Shown here one piece after another: positions 38,410 to 47,172 of a stretch of 50,666 nt of DNA. The stretch spans positions 1-50,666 of IMG/VR virus record IMGVR_UViG_3300020472_000040; one strand, 5' to 3'. Under the pieces are notes generated by a model that worked only from the letters and a program-made list of their open reading frames with translations, was not told the origin of the DNA and ran no database searches. Position numbers and translations under genes: made by a program. Position 1 is the first letter of the stretch, and every line of letters begins with the position of its first letter. This DNA is from a virus. Its lineage: Duplodnaviria; Caudoviricetes.

Positions 38410-38613
38410 ATGACAATAGAACAAGATAATAAAGAATCAATTATTCGTATAGAAGGTGATTTAAAATTACTTAATCAAAAAATAGATACGATTAAAGATA
38501 ATCATCTTAACCATATGTCTCAAGACATAGATAAACTATCTAAGTTTATTTGGATAATAGGTTCAACTGTCTTTGTTCAAATGTGTTATCTTATTGTCAG
38601 AACTTTAATGTAA
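38410..38613 (+). CDS. Coiled-coil plus C-terminal TM protein (XhlA/holin-like)
   Basis: IKDNHL.H...DI followed by a hydrophobic tail. Confidence 0.65.
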   Translation: MTIEQDNKESIIRIEGDLKLLNQKIDTIKDNHLNHMSQDIDKLSKFIWIIGSTVFVQMCYLIVRTLM

Positions 38614-38615
38614 TA

Positions 38616-38759
38616 ATGGCTAAAAAATGGAAATCTTATAATGAACACGAAGCAATATACCATGGAACATCTATTGGTCGTAATCCAAAAATGAGTTCTA
38701 TGAATAAACATAAGAGAAAAAGTTTTAAAAAATATAAAGGCCAAGGAAAGAGAAGATAA
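38616..38759 (+). CDS. Small basic protein (start MAKKW preferred)
   Basis: TSIG...KMSSMNKHK.KSFKKY.GQG. Confidence 0.7.
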   Translation: MAKKWKSYNEHEAIYHGTSIGRNPKMSSMNKHKRKSFKKYKGQGKRR

Positions 38760-38764
38760 ATATT

Positions 38765-40804
38765 ATGGCATATGAAATACCAGTAGAATCACGACCAAGA
38801 GGAAGAATAAGTAATAGACCTATTACTGATATTCTTGATGACCAAGCGTCTAATCCTGTAATACCTTCTGCAGCTGTACAACAATATACTGACCAAACCG
38901 TACAGAGTAATGAACTTATGAGTTCTCCTACTACTGTAGGTACAACAACGGCTGGTCAACAAACTGTACAAGCTCCTAGTAATATAACTGCAACTACTGG
39001 AACAGGTACAAATATAGCAGCTCCTACTACTATACAACCTACTAGTGTTACTGCAGCAACAGCTGGAACTCCGCAAACTGTTGCAGGTGTTTCTGGAAGT
39101 GGTTTAACTCAACAAGTTACTGGTCAAACAAGAGGTACTGTTACTGGTGCTGCGTCTGGAGCAAACCAAACTGCTGGAAATGCTCAAGGTGTAATAACTG
39201 CTGCTGCTCAAGGACAAGTAAGTTCTGGAGCATTAGCTAGTGCTGTTACAGGACAAAGTGCTACTGTTCAAGCGCAAACATCTACATTACCAAGTGATAT
39301 TCAATCAGCAGTAGGAACAAACCCTGCGGCTGTTACTGCTACAGTTGTTAGTCAACCTACAAGTGTTGTTGCACAAATTGCTTCATTACCTGCAGATACT
39401 CTTGTTTCAGGACAATTAGAAACTTTATTAAGTGGAATTGATAGTGGTACTATTCCAACATGGGCAAGAGCTGCTGTTGAAGCAGTGGATGCAAACCTTG
39501 CTTCAAGAGGAATGAGTCGTTCTTCTATAGGTAGAGAAGCTTTAGTTAATTCTATTATTCAAAGTGCTATTCCAATCGCACAAGCTAATGCAACTCAACT
39601 ACAACAAGTAGCTATGGCTAATCTTAATAATCAACAACAAGCTGAAGTATTAACAAAACAACAACAATTTCAAGCTCAACTAACAGGAGCCGAGTTTCAA
39701 CAACAAGCTGCTTTAACAACTGCTGGTAATACTCAACAGTTATTAATGGCTAATTTAAATAATCAACAACAAGCTATTCTTTCTAGTGCACAACAACAGC
39801 AACAAGTAAGATTACAAAATCTTGCAAATAATCAACAAGGTGCTGTAACTAATGCTGAGTTACAACAACAAATGACAATGGCTGGGATGAATAATCAACA
39901 GTCTGTTGCTCTTGCTAATGCTCAGACAACTGCTGGTATGGATGTTCTTAATCTTAATAATGAACAACAAAAAGTAATTTCTAATTCTAATTTATTTAGA
40001 ACATTTGGTTTACAAAATTTAACAAACGAACAACAAGCTGTAATGCAAAATGCTGCTAATCTTGCAGCACTTGATATGGCTGAATTAACTAATAGACAAC
40101 AAGCTCAAGTATTAAATGCTCAGTCTTTTTTACAACTTGATATGACTAATCTTAGTAATTCTCAACAAGCTGCTATGTTAACTGCACAACAAAGACAACA
40201 AGCCATGTTATCTGACCAAGCTTCTGAAAATGCATCTAGACAATTTAATGCCACAAGTGATATGCAAACAGACCAATTTATGGCGAACCTTGCTTCAACT
40301 ATTTCACAAAATAATGCAGCTCGTGCAGATGCTATGTCTCAGTTTAATTCTACTCAAGAAAATCAAATAGCTCAAATTAATGCTGGTAATCAACTTGAAT
40401 CTGAAAGATTAACAGACCAACTTAATGCACAAATAGACCAGTTCAATTCTAACTTAGGTTTTCAAAAAGACCAATTTAATGCACAAAACTCTATGGCTAT
40501 AGAACAATCTAATGTACAATGGAGAAGACAAACAAATACAGCAAATACTGCAGGAGTTAATGCTGTTAATCAAGCAAACGCTATGAATGCTTTTAATCTT
40601 AGTAATCAAGGATTATCTTTTCTTTGGCAAGAAATGAGAGATGCTGCTAAGTGGGAATTTGAAGCTTCAGAAAATGATGATGATAGAGATGCTAAAATTA
40701 CTATAGCTGCTCTTGGTAACGAAGCAGCGGATACTGCTGCTAAAAGACAGTCTTTAGTTGACCTTGCTAACTGGGCAGCAGATTTATGGACTCAAGGACA
40801 ATAA
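38765..40804 (+). CDS. Putative internal virion (ejection) protein, Gln/Asn/Ala-rich
   Basis: Thr-rich N-terminus, RG.S.SS.G motif, N.QQA 11-aa periodic repeats, QFN motifs. Confidence 0.75.
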   Translation: MAYEIPVESRPRGRISNRPITDILDDQASNPVIPSAAVQQYTDQTVQSNELMSSPTTVGTTTAGQQTVQAPSNITATTGTGTNIAAPTTIQPTSVTAATAGTPQTVAGVSGSGLTQQVTGQTRGTVTGAASGANQTAGNAQGVITAAAQGQVSSGALASAVTGQSATVQAQTSTLPSDIQSAVGTNPAAVTATVVSQPTSVVAQIASLPADTLVSGQLETLLSGIDSGTIPTWARAAVEAVDANLASRGMSRSSIGREALVNSIIQSAIPIAQANATQLQQVAMANLNNQQQAEVLTKQQQFQAQLTGAEFQQQAALTTAGNTQQLLMANLNNQQQAILSSAQQQQQVRLQNLANNQQGAVTNAELQQQMTMAGMNNQQSVALANAQTTAGMDVLNLNNEQQKVISNSNLFRTFGLQNLTNEQQAVMQNAANLAALDMAELTNRQQAQVLNAQSFLQLDMTNLSNSQQAAMLTAQQRQQAMLSDQASENASRQFNATSDMQTDQFMANLASTISQNNAARADAMSQFNSTQENQIAQINAGNQLESERLTDQLNAQIDQFNSNLGFQKDQFNAQNSMAIEQSNVQWRRQTNTANTAGVNAVNQANAMNAFNLSNQGLSFLWQEMRDAAKWEFEASENDDDRDAKITIAALGNEAADTAAKRQSLVDLANWAADLWTQGQ

Positions 40805-40820
40805 TATAATATAAAAAAAA

Positions 40821-41276
40821 ATGAATGATGTAGAAGCTGCAGTACATTTAGTAAGTACTGCTAAAGTTTATAAAAATATATTTAAAGGAGATGTTGAACA
40901 TATTCTACAACAAGTTTTACCACCAATAAAACTTAATCAGTATAGAGTTTTTAGAAGAGGAGATAGACCTTTTGCTTATACTAGTTGGGCTTTTATGAAT
41001 AATAACTCTTCTGAAAAATTTAAAAGAACAGGTTTAATAGAAGACGAAAGCTGGTGGAACAATGGTAATAATATATGGCATATGGACACTATTTGTAATG
41101 ATGGTAATTTACTAACATTACATAGATGGACACAAAGAAATTTAGCTGAACAAGTTGGTAATAAAAAGAAAATAAATTGGATACGATTAGGTTACGATAA
41201 GTTCGGCGGAGTTAAAGTTAAAAAACAAGGATACGCATTTACAAAAGGAGAAAAAGAAAATGGGTTCGATAGTTAA
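40821..41276 (+). CDS. RTX toxin-activating acyltransferase (HlyC/TAAT)-family protein
   Basis: VLPPIKLNQY, PFAYTSWA, W.NG..IWHMD.I and INWIR parallel HlyC VLPAIQANQY, PVAYCSWA, WTSGDRKWFIDWI and FRAIR as recalled. Confidence 0.82.
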   Translation: MNDVEAAVHLVSTAKVYKNIFKGDVEHILQQVLPPIKLNQYRVFRRGDRPFAYTSWAFMNNNSSEKFKRTGLIEDESWWNNGNNIWHMDTICNDGNLLTLHRWTQRNLAEQVGNKKKINWIRLGYDKFGGVKVKKQGYAFTKGEKENGFDS

Positions 41277-42588
41277 AAAAATAAAAAAGAAAGTTAAAAA
41301 GGTTATTAAAAAAAACCCTGTTACTAGAATAGTAAAAAAAGCTACTAAAAATATTAGAAAACTTGGAAGTAAACTATGGACTAAAGTTAAAAAGTTTGGT
41401 AAAAGTGCTTTTAGAAAATTTGCAAAGTTTAGTGATAAGATAGGACCAATAGGAATGATTGCTTTATCTTTTGCCATGCCATATTTAATGGCTGGTATGG
41501 GTCAAGCATGGGCAGGTTTAGGTAATTGGTTAGGTGCAGCAGCAAAAGTAGCTCCTAATGCAGGAATGACATTTGGTAATACACTAGCACAACTAGGACA
41601 CAGTGCTTGGTCAGGTATTAGTAGAGCAGGACATTTTATAAAAGGAACATATCAAGGTATTACTCAAACTTTAAGTAAAACTTTTGAAGGTTTTGCTGGA
41701 GTTAAAAATGCAGCAGGTGTAAGAACAGGCGGAAGTGTATCTGAAGGTTTTAGTAATCTTTGGAAAGGTACTGGAGATGTTCTTTCTGGTAGAGCTGGAA
41801 TGGGTACAGAAAAATTAATAACTAAAGCTGTTGAAACTGGTGCTAACTGGTCTCCAACTATAGCGAGGACAACTCCAATGCAAGTTGGTACTGGACAGTT
41901 TACTAGAAGTACAGGTGTTTGGGGAACATCTAGCGGTGTAGTTCAAACTGGTGGTGTTCAAGCTTTTAATGCTAATCAAATGAATATGGCTTCACAACAA
42001 ATTATTAATCAAGCTATGTCTGGTACAACATCAATGTATACTCCTGATGTTCAAACATATGCTAATACACTTTCAAAAGAACATGGATTAAATTCTTATG
42101 ATGCTCATAAACATATGATGGAAAATGGAGTATCTGTAGGAGATGCTAATAAATATACATTAGATTTTAGTCAATCTAAAGATTTTGGTATGACACAATT
42201 TAGAGAAGGGGCTAGTGGTGTGAACTATCACTGGACAGGAGATACTGCTAATGTTCAATTTAAAGATTACGGAATGGACTATGTTGGTATAAAAGATAGT
42301 AAACTTCGTTACCAAGGACCAGATAATTTTACTTATGGAAGCCAAGATAAAACTCCTAGTTTATTACAAAGAGGAGGCTCTGCTGCTATGAGTTATCTAA
42401 CTTCTCTTGGTCAAGACCCTGGAGAAAATCCATATGTTCCTATGGGAGGAAGTGCTGGTTTAGACCCGTTTGGAACTAGATATGCTGGTTCTGATGTATA
42501 TGCAGCAACTTCAGGACAGTTCTTAAATAGAGCACAATCAGATTGGTTTATGGGTGCAAAAGAAAGAATGGATTATCGAGGCAACTAA
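41260..42588 (+). CDS. Putative internal virion/pilot protein with Lys-rich amphipathic N-terminus
   Basis: 21 Lys in the first 60 aa, then a hydrophobic Gly/Ala segment; SD AAGGAG; overlaps the acyltransferase gene. Confidence 0.7.
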   Translation: MGSIVKKIKKKVKKVIKKNPVTRIVKKATKNIRKLGSKLWTKVKKFGKSAFRKFAKFSDKIGPIGMIALSFAMPYLMAGMGQAWAGLGNWLGAAAKVAPNAGMTFGNTLAQLGHSAWSGISRAGHFIKGTYQGITQTLSKTFEGFAGVKNAAGVRTGGSVSEGFSNLWKGTGDVLSGRAGMGTEKLITKAVETGANWSPTIARTTPMQVGTGQFTRSTGVWGTSSGVVQTGGVQAFNANQMNMASQQIINQAMSGTTSMYTPDVQTYANTLSKEHGLNSYDAHKHMMENGVSVGDANKYTLDFSQSKDFGMTQFREGASGVNYHWTGDTANVQFKDYGMDYVGIKDSKLRYQGPDNFTYGSQDKTPSLLQRGGSAAMSYLTSLGQDPGENPYVPMGGSAGLDPFGTRYAGSDVYAATSGQFLNRAQSDWFMGAKERMDYRGN

Positions 42589-42600
42589 TAGTAAATTTAA

Positions 42601-42996
42601 ATGAAAATTTCAGACGCAACGCAAATTTCTCTCCCTGCTCGTAATTTAATTGCCATCCTCGCAGCAGTCGCAATAGGAACTATGAGTTTTTTCTCAATCC
42701 AGGAAAGATTAAACAAGCTGGAGACAAATCAACAGTTAATGGCACAAGACATGGAAGCCGCTAATGAGTTTATAGACGGAGTCCCCAAAGGCACCATGGT
42801 CAGTCCACAAGTAAACGAGCTCTACATGTTGGTAGAATGGCTGTCAAAAACACAAGAAGAACTTCGTACTCATGTTAATTCAGAGATTCCAGAGATTGCA
42901 AAACTAAATATGCAAATACAATTCATTGAAGAACGTATGATAGATGTTGAAATGTTAATTGATAAGATAAGACAGAACGGAATATCATATGATTGA
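42601..42996 (+). CDS. Membrane-anchored coiled-coil protein
   Basis: N-terminal TM segment followed by a heptad pattern. Confidence 0.7.
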   Translation: MKISDATQISLPARNLIAILAAVAIGTMSFFSIQERLNKLETNQQLMAQDMEAANEFIDGVPKGTMVSPQVNELYMLVEWLSKTQEELRTHVNSEIPEIAKLNMQIQFIEERMIDVEMLIDKIRQNGISYD

Positions 42997-43222
42997 GACA
43001 TTGTTTGCAGTATTATTAATTGTAAATGGCGGTGTAATAGAATCAGTGCCGACCGAAGGCATGGCTGATTGTCTTAAAACTAAACGCACAGCTATGCAAA
43101 ACATAGGCCCAGACCAAGAAGGAGTTTACATGCAGTGTGTACAGGTAGAGGCTGAGGTCGAGATAGACATGGGGAGGAAGAGAATTGTCAAAATCCTCAC
43201 AGAAAACCCAACGGGGAATTAA
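42989..43222 (+). CDS. Small protein with two Cys
   Basis: MIE.LFAVLLIVNG; CL..KR.A; 77 aa. Confidence 0.7.
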   Translation: MIETLFAVLLIVNGGVIESVPTEGMADCLKTKRTAMQNIGPDQEGVYMQCVQVEAEVEIDMGRKRIVKILTENPTGN

Positions 43223-43424
43223 GAAATATTTTAATTTAGATAACATAGTTGATACAGGAGTAGATGTATCTCTTGTTGTATTTGATGTTTTATCCAGCCC
43301 CATTCTTATTGTGATGCGTGTAGTAAGATGGTTTTTAAATGAGTTTGTATTAGGACATATTAAAAGGTTTATAAAATTTATATTAAGACTTTTTATTAAA
43401 ACAAAGAAAAATAATAAAGATTGA
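43185..43424 (+). CDS. Small membrane-associated protein
   Basis: TTG start after GGAGG; hydrophobic core. Confidence 0.55.
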   Translation: MSKSSQKTQRGIKKYFNLDNIVDTGVDVSLVVFDVLSSPILIVMRVVRWFLNEFVLGHIKRFIKFILRLFIKTKKNNKD

Positions 43425-43446
43425 TTAATTAATAAGGGCGACATAA

Positions 43447-44142
43447 ATGAAAAATATTTTAATGGCAGTTGTTATTACAGCTGTAATGTTTTGTAGTCTT
43501 AGTATTGCAATGGCAGATAATGATGTTACATCTAGTGGAGCAACTACAAATGACCAAGTAAATTCAAGTGGAAGTAATACCGCTATTACAGGAGGATATA
43601 ATTCAGAAAGTACAACGAATTATCAAAGTGGTTCATCTTCTAATACTACTACAAATGCAACTACTAATAATAATTCCTATACTGGTGATACTCGTACAGT
43701 TCCATCAGCATCTGCTCCAGGAATTTCAGCAATGTCGCAAGACCTTTGTACAGTTGGTGTTAGTTTAGGAATACAAAAACCTTTAATAGGTGGTAGCATT
43801 GGAATTACTAAAAGAGATATGAATTGTGAAAGAATGAAACTTTCTAAACTTCTTTTTGATTTTAATATGAAGGTAGCAGCGGTAAGTATTTTATGTCAAG
43901 ATGCTAGAGTATTTTCAGCTATGGCTCATGCGGGAACACCGTGCCCATTCAATGGTAAAATAGGAGGAGACGCTCTAGAAGAATGGAATAAATACGACGA
44001 ACAAAGACCAGACTACGAAGAGTACACAAAAACTCTAAGATACATGGAAGAAGTTGATGCAAAGATTACGGAGGCAATGGATGATAAGGAAGCTTATATC
44101 GTTGACGGCAATGGTAATGCTGTTCAGCTCGGTAGCAAATAG
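43447..44142 (+). CDS. Secreted/periplasmic protein with Ser/Thr/Asn repeats and a four-Cys domain
   Basis: Signal peptide ending AMA; SASAP, D.C, D.NCER.KLSK.L, AAVS.LCQD.RV, AGTPCP. Confidence 0.75.
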   Translation: MKNILMAVVITAVMFCSLSIAMADNDVTSSGATTNDQVNSSGSNTAITGGYNSESTTNYQSGSSSNTTTNATTNNNSYTGDTRTVPSASAPGISAMSQDLCTVGVSLGIQKPLIGGSIGITKRDMNCERMKLSKLLFDFNMKVAAVSILCQDARVFSAMAHAGTPCPFNGKIGGDALEEWNKYDEQRPDYEEYTKTLRYMEEVDAKITEAMDDKEAYIVDGNGNAVQLGSK

Positions 44143-46024
44143 CCAGACTGTAACTATTGAAGACACTCCCAACCCAGGTGATACTACTACAGTAACTACT
44201 GTTACAACTGGTAATTCTGTAACTACAGATAATTTAATATCTCAGAAATGGAATGATGGTAGTTGGCAAGGCACTATGTTTCCAGACTCATCTGATATTA
44301 ATGAGTCAGTTTATCTTACAGGAAAAGATGGAAAGTATGCAGAAACAACTATTCAATCTCAAGATATATTAACAGAACAAGAATTACAACAAGGATTAAC
44401 TTCTGAATTATCTGCAGACATAAGATGGTGGAATCCACAAGAGTCTACTGTCACTATGACACAGACAGCAACTAATGGTATTGATACTACAACACAAAGT
44501 ATAACTTTAGAAGATACTACAAATCATAACTATCAGTTTAATAATTATTCTAATACATTAACTATTACACCTAATACAGAAAATAGTCACGGTTCTTTAA
44601 CTGCTAGGTTTAGTTTTGATATACAAGGGAACGCCAACTATAACGGAGGCCACAGCGGTGTCGATGTGAAAGACCCGAAATTAAAACTAACATATGATGT
44701 TCTTTCTTCTACAACAGTAACTACAGTTCAGTATTGTTGGGAAAAGACACCACCAACATGTGTAGGTCAAGATGAAATAGCTGAAGTCGAAACTTTTTTA
44801 GATACATTTGAAAGTGACATATATCTAGATGATATATATCTTTATGAACAGCCAGGCATAATAGAAGATATGGATTTTGATTATTCATTTAATGATAACT
44901 TTTATGAAGAAGAAGAATTTGAAATACAAGAAGACTATTTAACACTTGATGAATTTTTTTTTGAAGAAGATTACTTTACGGATGACTATTACGAAGAGTT
45001 TGAACTGGAAGAATTTATTCCAGAAGATATGGCCTTTGAAGAAGTAGAGTTCTTTGATGAACTACCAGAAATAACTTTTGAAGATGAATACTTTGAAGAG
45101 TTTAATATAACTGAGCTACCTCCAATGGAAGAAATGTTCTTTGAAGAAGAAATGTACTTTGAAGAAGAAATATATATGGAAGCATTTACAGATGAAGCAT
45201 TCATAGAAGAGTTTGATGAGATGTTTGAAGAAATACCTATGGAAGAAATGAATGTAGAAATGGCAGAAGAGATGTTTGAGGAAATGTTTGAAGAATATTT
45301 TGAAGAAGAACCACCAATGGAAATGGTTGAAGAGTTTAAAGAAGAAGTTATAGTAGAAAATGAAGAACCTTTGATGGAAGAACCTACTGAAGAAATAGCT
45401 ATGACTAATGAAGAACCAATTGAGGAAACAAGTAATGAACAGATTGAAGAACAACCCAGTAGCGAAAGCGTTATTACAGACGAGCCGCAGGAGACAACAG
45501 ACGTTGCCGAACAAGAAGAATCACTTGACGAGGAGTCAGCTGAACTCACAGTTGTTGAAGGAGACTCAAATAAAGAACCAAGTTCTAGCGGAGAATCTAT
45601 CTCAAATGAATCCGAAACTAACGAAAGAGTGGAAGTTGATTTAGATATCAAGGTTGCTGCGTTAGAAAAAGTAATTAAAAATAAAATATCTAATGAAATG
45701 CAAAGAGTTAGTATAACTTTAGATGCGGTTAATGAAATAGTATCTAAAGAAATGGTAGCTTCTCAACCAGATATTTCTAGTTATATGGATATAAATCAAG
45801 CTTTATTTGATACACGGCAATTACCTCAAGGTAATCCTGAGTTTTTTAATCAAGTTAGTTTAGATTCTTATTCTAATGAAATTTATACAAATGTTGCAGC
45901 TATAAATAAAATGATTGGTTTTGACCCAATAGTTCAATATCAACTAAAAGTAAAAGATGCAAAAGATAATACTAATAAAGCTTATTTTAAATTAAAGGAG
46001 TTAATGGATGCCAGACTTAATTAA
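44081..46024 (+). CDS. Large secreted protein with an extremely acidic Glu-rich domain (start 44081 preferred)
   Basis: GGAGG SD then signal peptide MIRKLISLTAMVMLFSSVANS; long E/D/F/M-rich tract. Confidence 0.75.
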   Translation: MIRKLISLTAMVMLFSSVANSQTVTIEDTPNPGDTTTVTTVTTGNSVTTDNLISQKWNDGSWQGTMFPDSSDINESVYLTGKDGKYAETTIQSQDILTEQELQQGLTSELSADIRWWNPQESTVTMTQTATNGIDTTTQSITLEDTTNHNYQFNNYSNTLTITPNTENSHGSLTARFSFDIQGNANYNGGHSGVDVKDPKLKLTYDVLSSTTVTTVQYCWEKTPPTCVGQDEIAEVETFLDTFESDIYLDDIYLYEQPGIIEDMDFDYSFNDNFYEEEEFEIQEDYLTLDEFFFEEDYFTDDYYEEFELEEFIPEDMAFEEVEFFDELPEITFEDEYFEEFNITELPPMEEMFFEEEMYFEEEIYMEAFTDEAFIEEFDEMFEEIPMEEMNVEMAEEMFEEMFEEYFEEEPPMEMVEEFKEEVIVENEEPLMEEPTEEIAMTNEEPIEETSNEQIEEQPSSESVITDEPQETTDVAEQEESLDEESAELTVVEGDSNKEPSSSGESISNESETNERVEVDLDIKVAALEKVIKNKISNEMQRVSITLDAVNEIVSKEMVASQPDISSYMDINQALFDTRQLPQGNPEFFNQVSLDSYSNEIYTNVAAINKMIGFDPIVQYQLKVKDAKDNTNKAYFKLKELMDARLN

Positions 46025-46364
46025 TAAATTATCAAGCTATGCAGCATTGATTGGCGTAGTAGGAGCTATCGGTGGAGGATTTTATGCCTGGGGTGAATTC
46101 AACACAAGACTTAGTTCACTTGAAGGAGTATCTTATGAGTCAACTGATTTATCAGGAATAAACGAAGACATAAAAGAACTTAATGAAAAAATAAACGATA
46201 GAGTAAATGCACTTGGTGCCTCTCAAGAAGAAGACTATCAAGAACTAAAAGAAGAAATAGATGGTCTTAAAAAAGATGTAGCAATTAATGGTGCAGCTAT
46301 GGAATATCTAGATGCTAAGATAGAAGAATTAAAAGCAGAACAATCTAACCCATTGTTAAATTAA
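46008..46364 (+). CDS. TM-anchored coiled-coil protein
   Basis: LIGVVGAIGGGFY.WGEF..RL; coiled coil; NPL end. Confidence 0.75.
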   Translation: MPDLINKLSSYAALIGVVGAIGGGFYAWGEFNTRLSSLEGVSYESTDLSGINEDIKELNEKINDRVNALGASQEEDYQELKEEIDGLKKDVAINGAAMEYLDAKIEELKAEQSNPLLN

Positions 46365-46367
46365 TTC

Positions 46368-46396
46368 TTGACTTTTCATAAATAATATGATATAAT
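46368..46396 (+). promoter_or_regulatory. Sigma70 promoter
   Basis: TTGACT-17-TATAAT with extended TG. Confidence 0.7.
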
Positions 46397-46399
46397 ATT

Positions 46400-46558
46400 A
46401 TGGTATCTGATAAATCTTTAAAAGATAAAGAAAAACAACTTGAATTTGAATTCATGAAACTAAGAGAAAAACAGGAAAAAGAAAGAAAAAAAGAATTGAA
46501 CTTACCTGATAATCCCTTAGATGAATTATTAAAAGATAAATTAAAGGATAAAAAATAA
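46400..46558 (+). CDS. 52-aa charged protein (not in ORF track)
   Basis: MVSDKSLKDKEKQLEFEF...; ends 1 nt before the next ATG. Confidence 0.5.
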   Translation: MVSDKSLKDKEKQLEFEFMKLREKQEKERKKELNLPDNPLDELLKDKLKDKK

Positions 46559-46559
46559 C

Positions 46560-47171
46560 ATGGTAGAACAAATAAAAGAAAAACCTAAAGGAGCAGATGT
46601 TCCAGGTGGAGTAGTATTGTCAGATGGTAAAGTTTTAAACCCATTTGATGCTCCTACGCCAGGAGAAAGTTTAACAGCTAATCCAGAACAAAAGTTTCCT
46701 TGGGAGAGTCCACCTCAATATACAGAAGTTAGACCTTTTATGGAAGATTTGTTTATGCAAATTACTGAAGAAGAAAGGTATATTAAATTACTTGGTTCTA
46801 TAATGAATAAAACTCCTATTGATGAAATAGCACAAACTATTCTGTATGTTTCAGTTAGGAGTGGAAAAATTAATCCTGATTTAATGTTATTATTAGTTGA
46901 GCCAGTATTATATTTATTATTAGCTATGACTGAAAATGCAGGAATAGATGATTATGTTCTTTATGAAGGTGAAGATGCAGATGAAATGAGTCTTGAAGAT
47001 AAAGAACTATATCTTTCAGAATCTGAAAAAGTAAAAAAAATAAAACCAGAAAATATTAAAAGTTCTAGTGTTGAACCTTCTTTACTTGCAAGAGTTGAAG
47101 AGCTTCCTACAGCAGAAGAAGCAGGAGTTTTACCCGCAGAACAAATAACACAAGAAGAAGAAGAGGTATAA
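46560..47171 (+). CDS. Conserved virion protein
   Basis: FDAP.PG.SLT, PWE.PP, G...PDL.LLL.EP motifs. Confidence 0.75.
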   Translation: MVEQIKEKPKGADVPGGVVLSDGKVLNPFDAPTPGESLTANPEQKFPWESPPQYTEVRPFMEDLFMQITEEERYIKLLGSIMNKTPIDEIAQTILYVSVRSGKINPDLMLLLVEPVLYLLLAMTENAGIDDYVLYEGEDADEMSLEDKELYLSESEKVKKIKPENIKSSSVEPSLLARVEELPTAEEAGVLPAEQITQEEEEV

Positions 47172-47172
47172 T

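Noticed and set aside
40821-42588. RTX toxin operon / virulence locus
   Set aside because: No GGxGxD nonapeptide repeats and no HlyB/HlyD/TolC genes; context is virion morphogenesis
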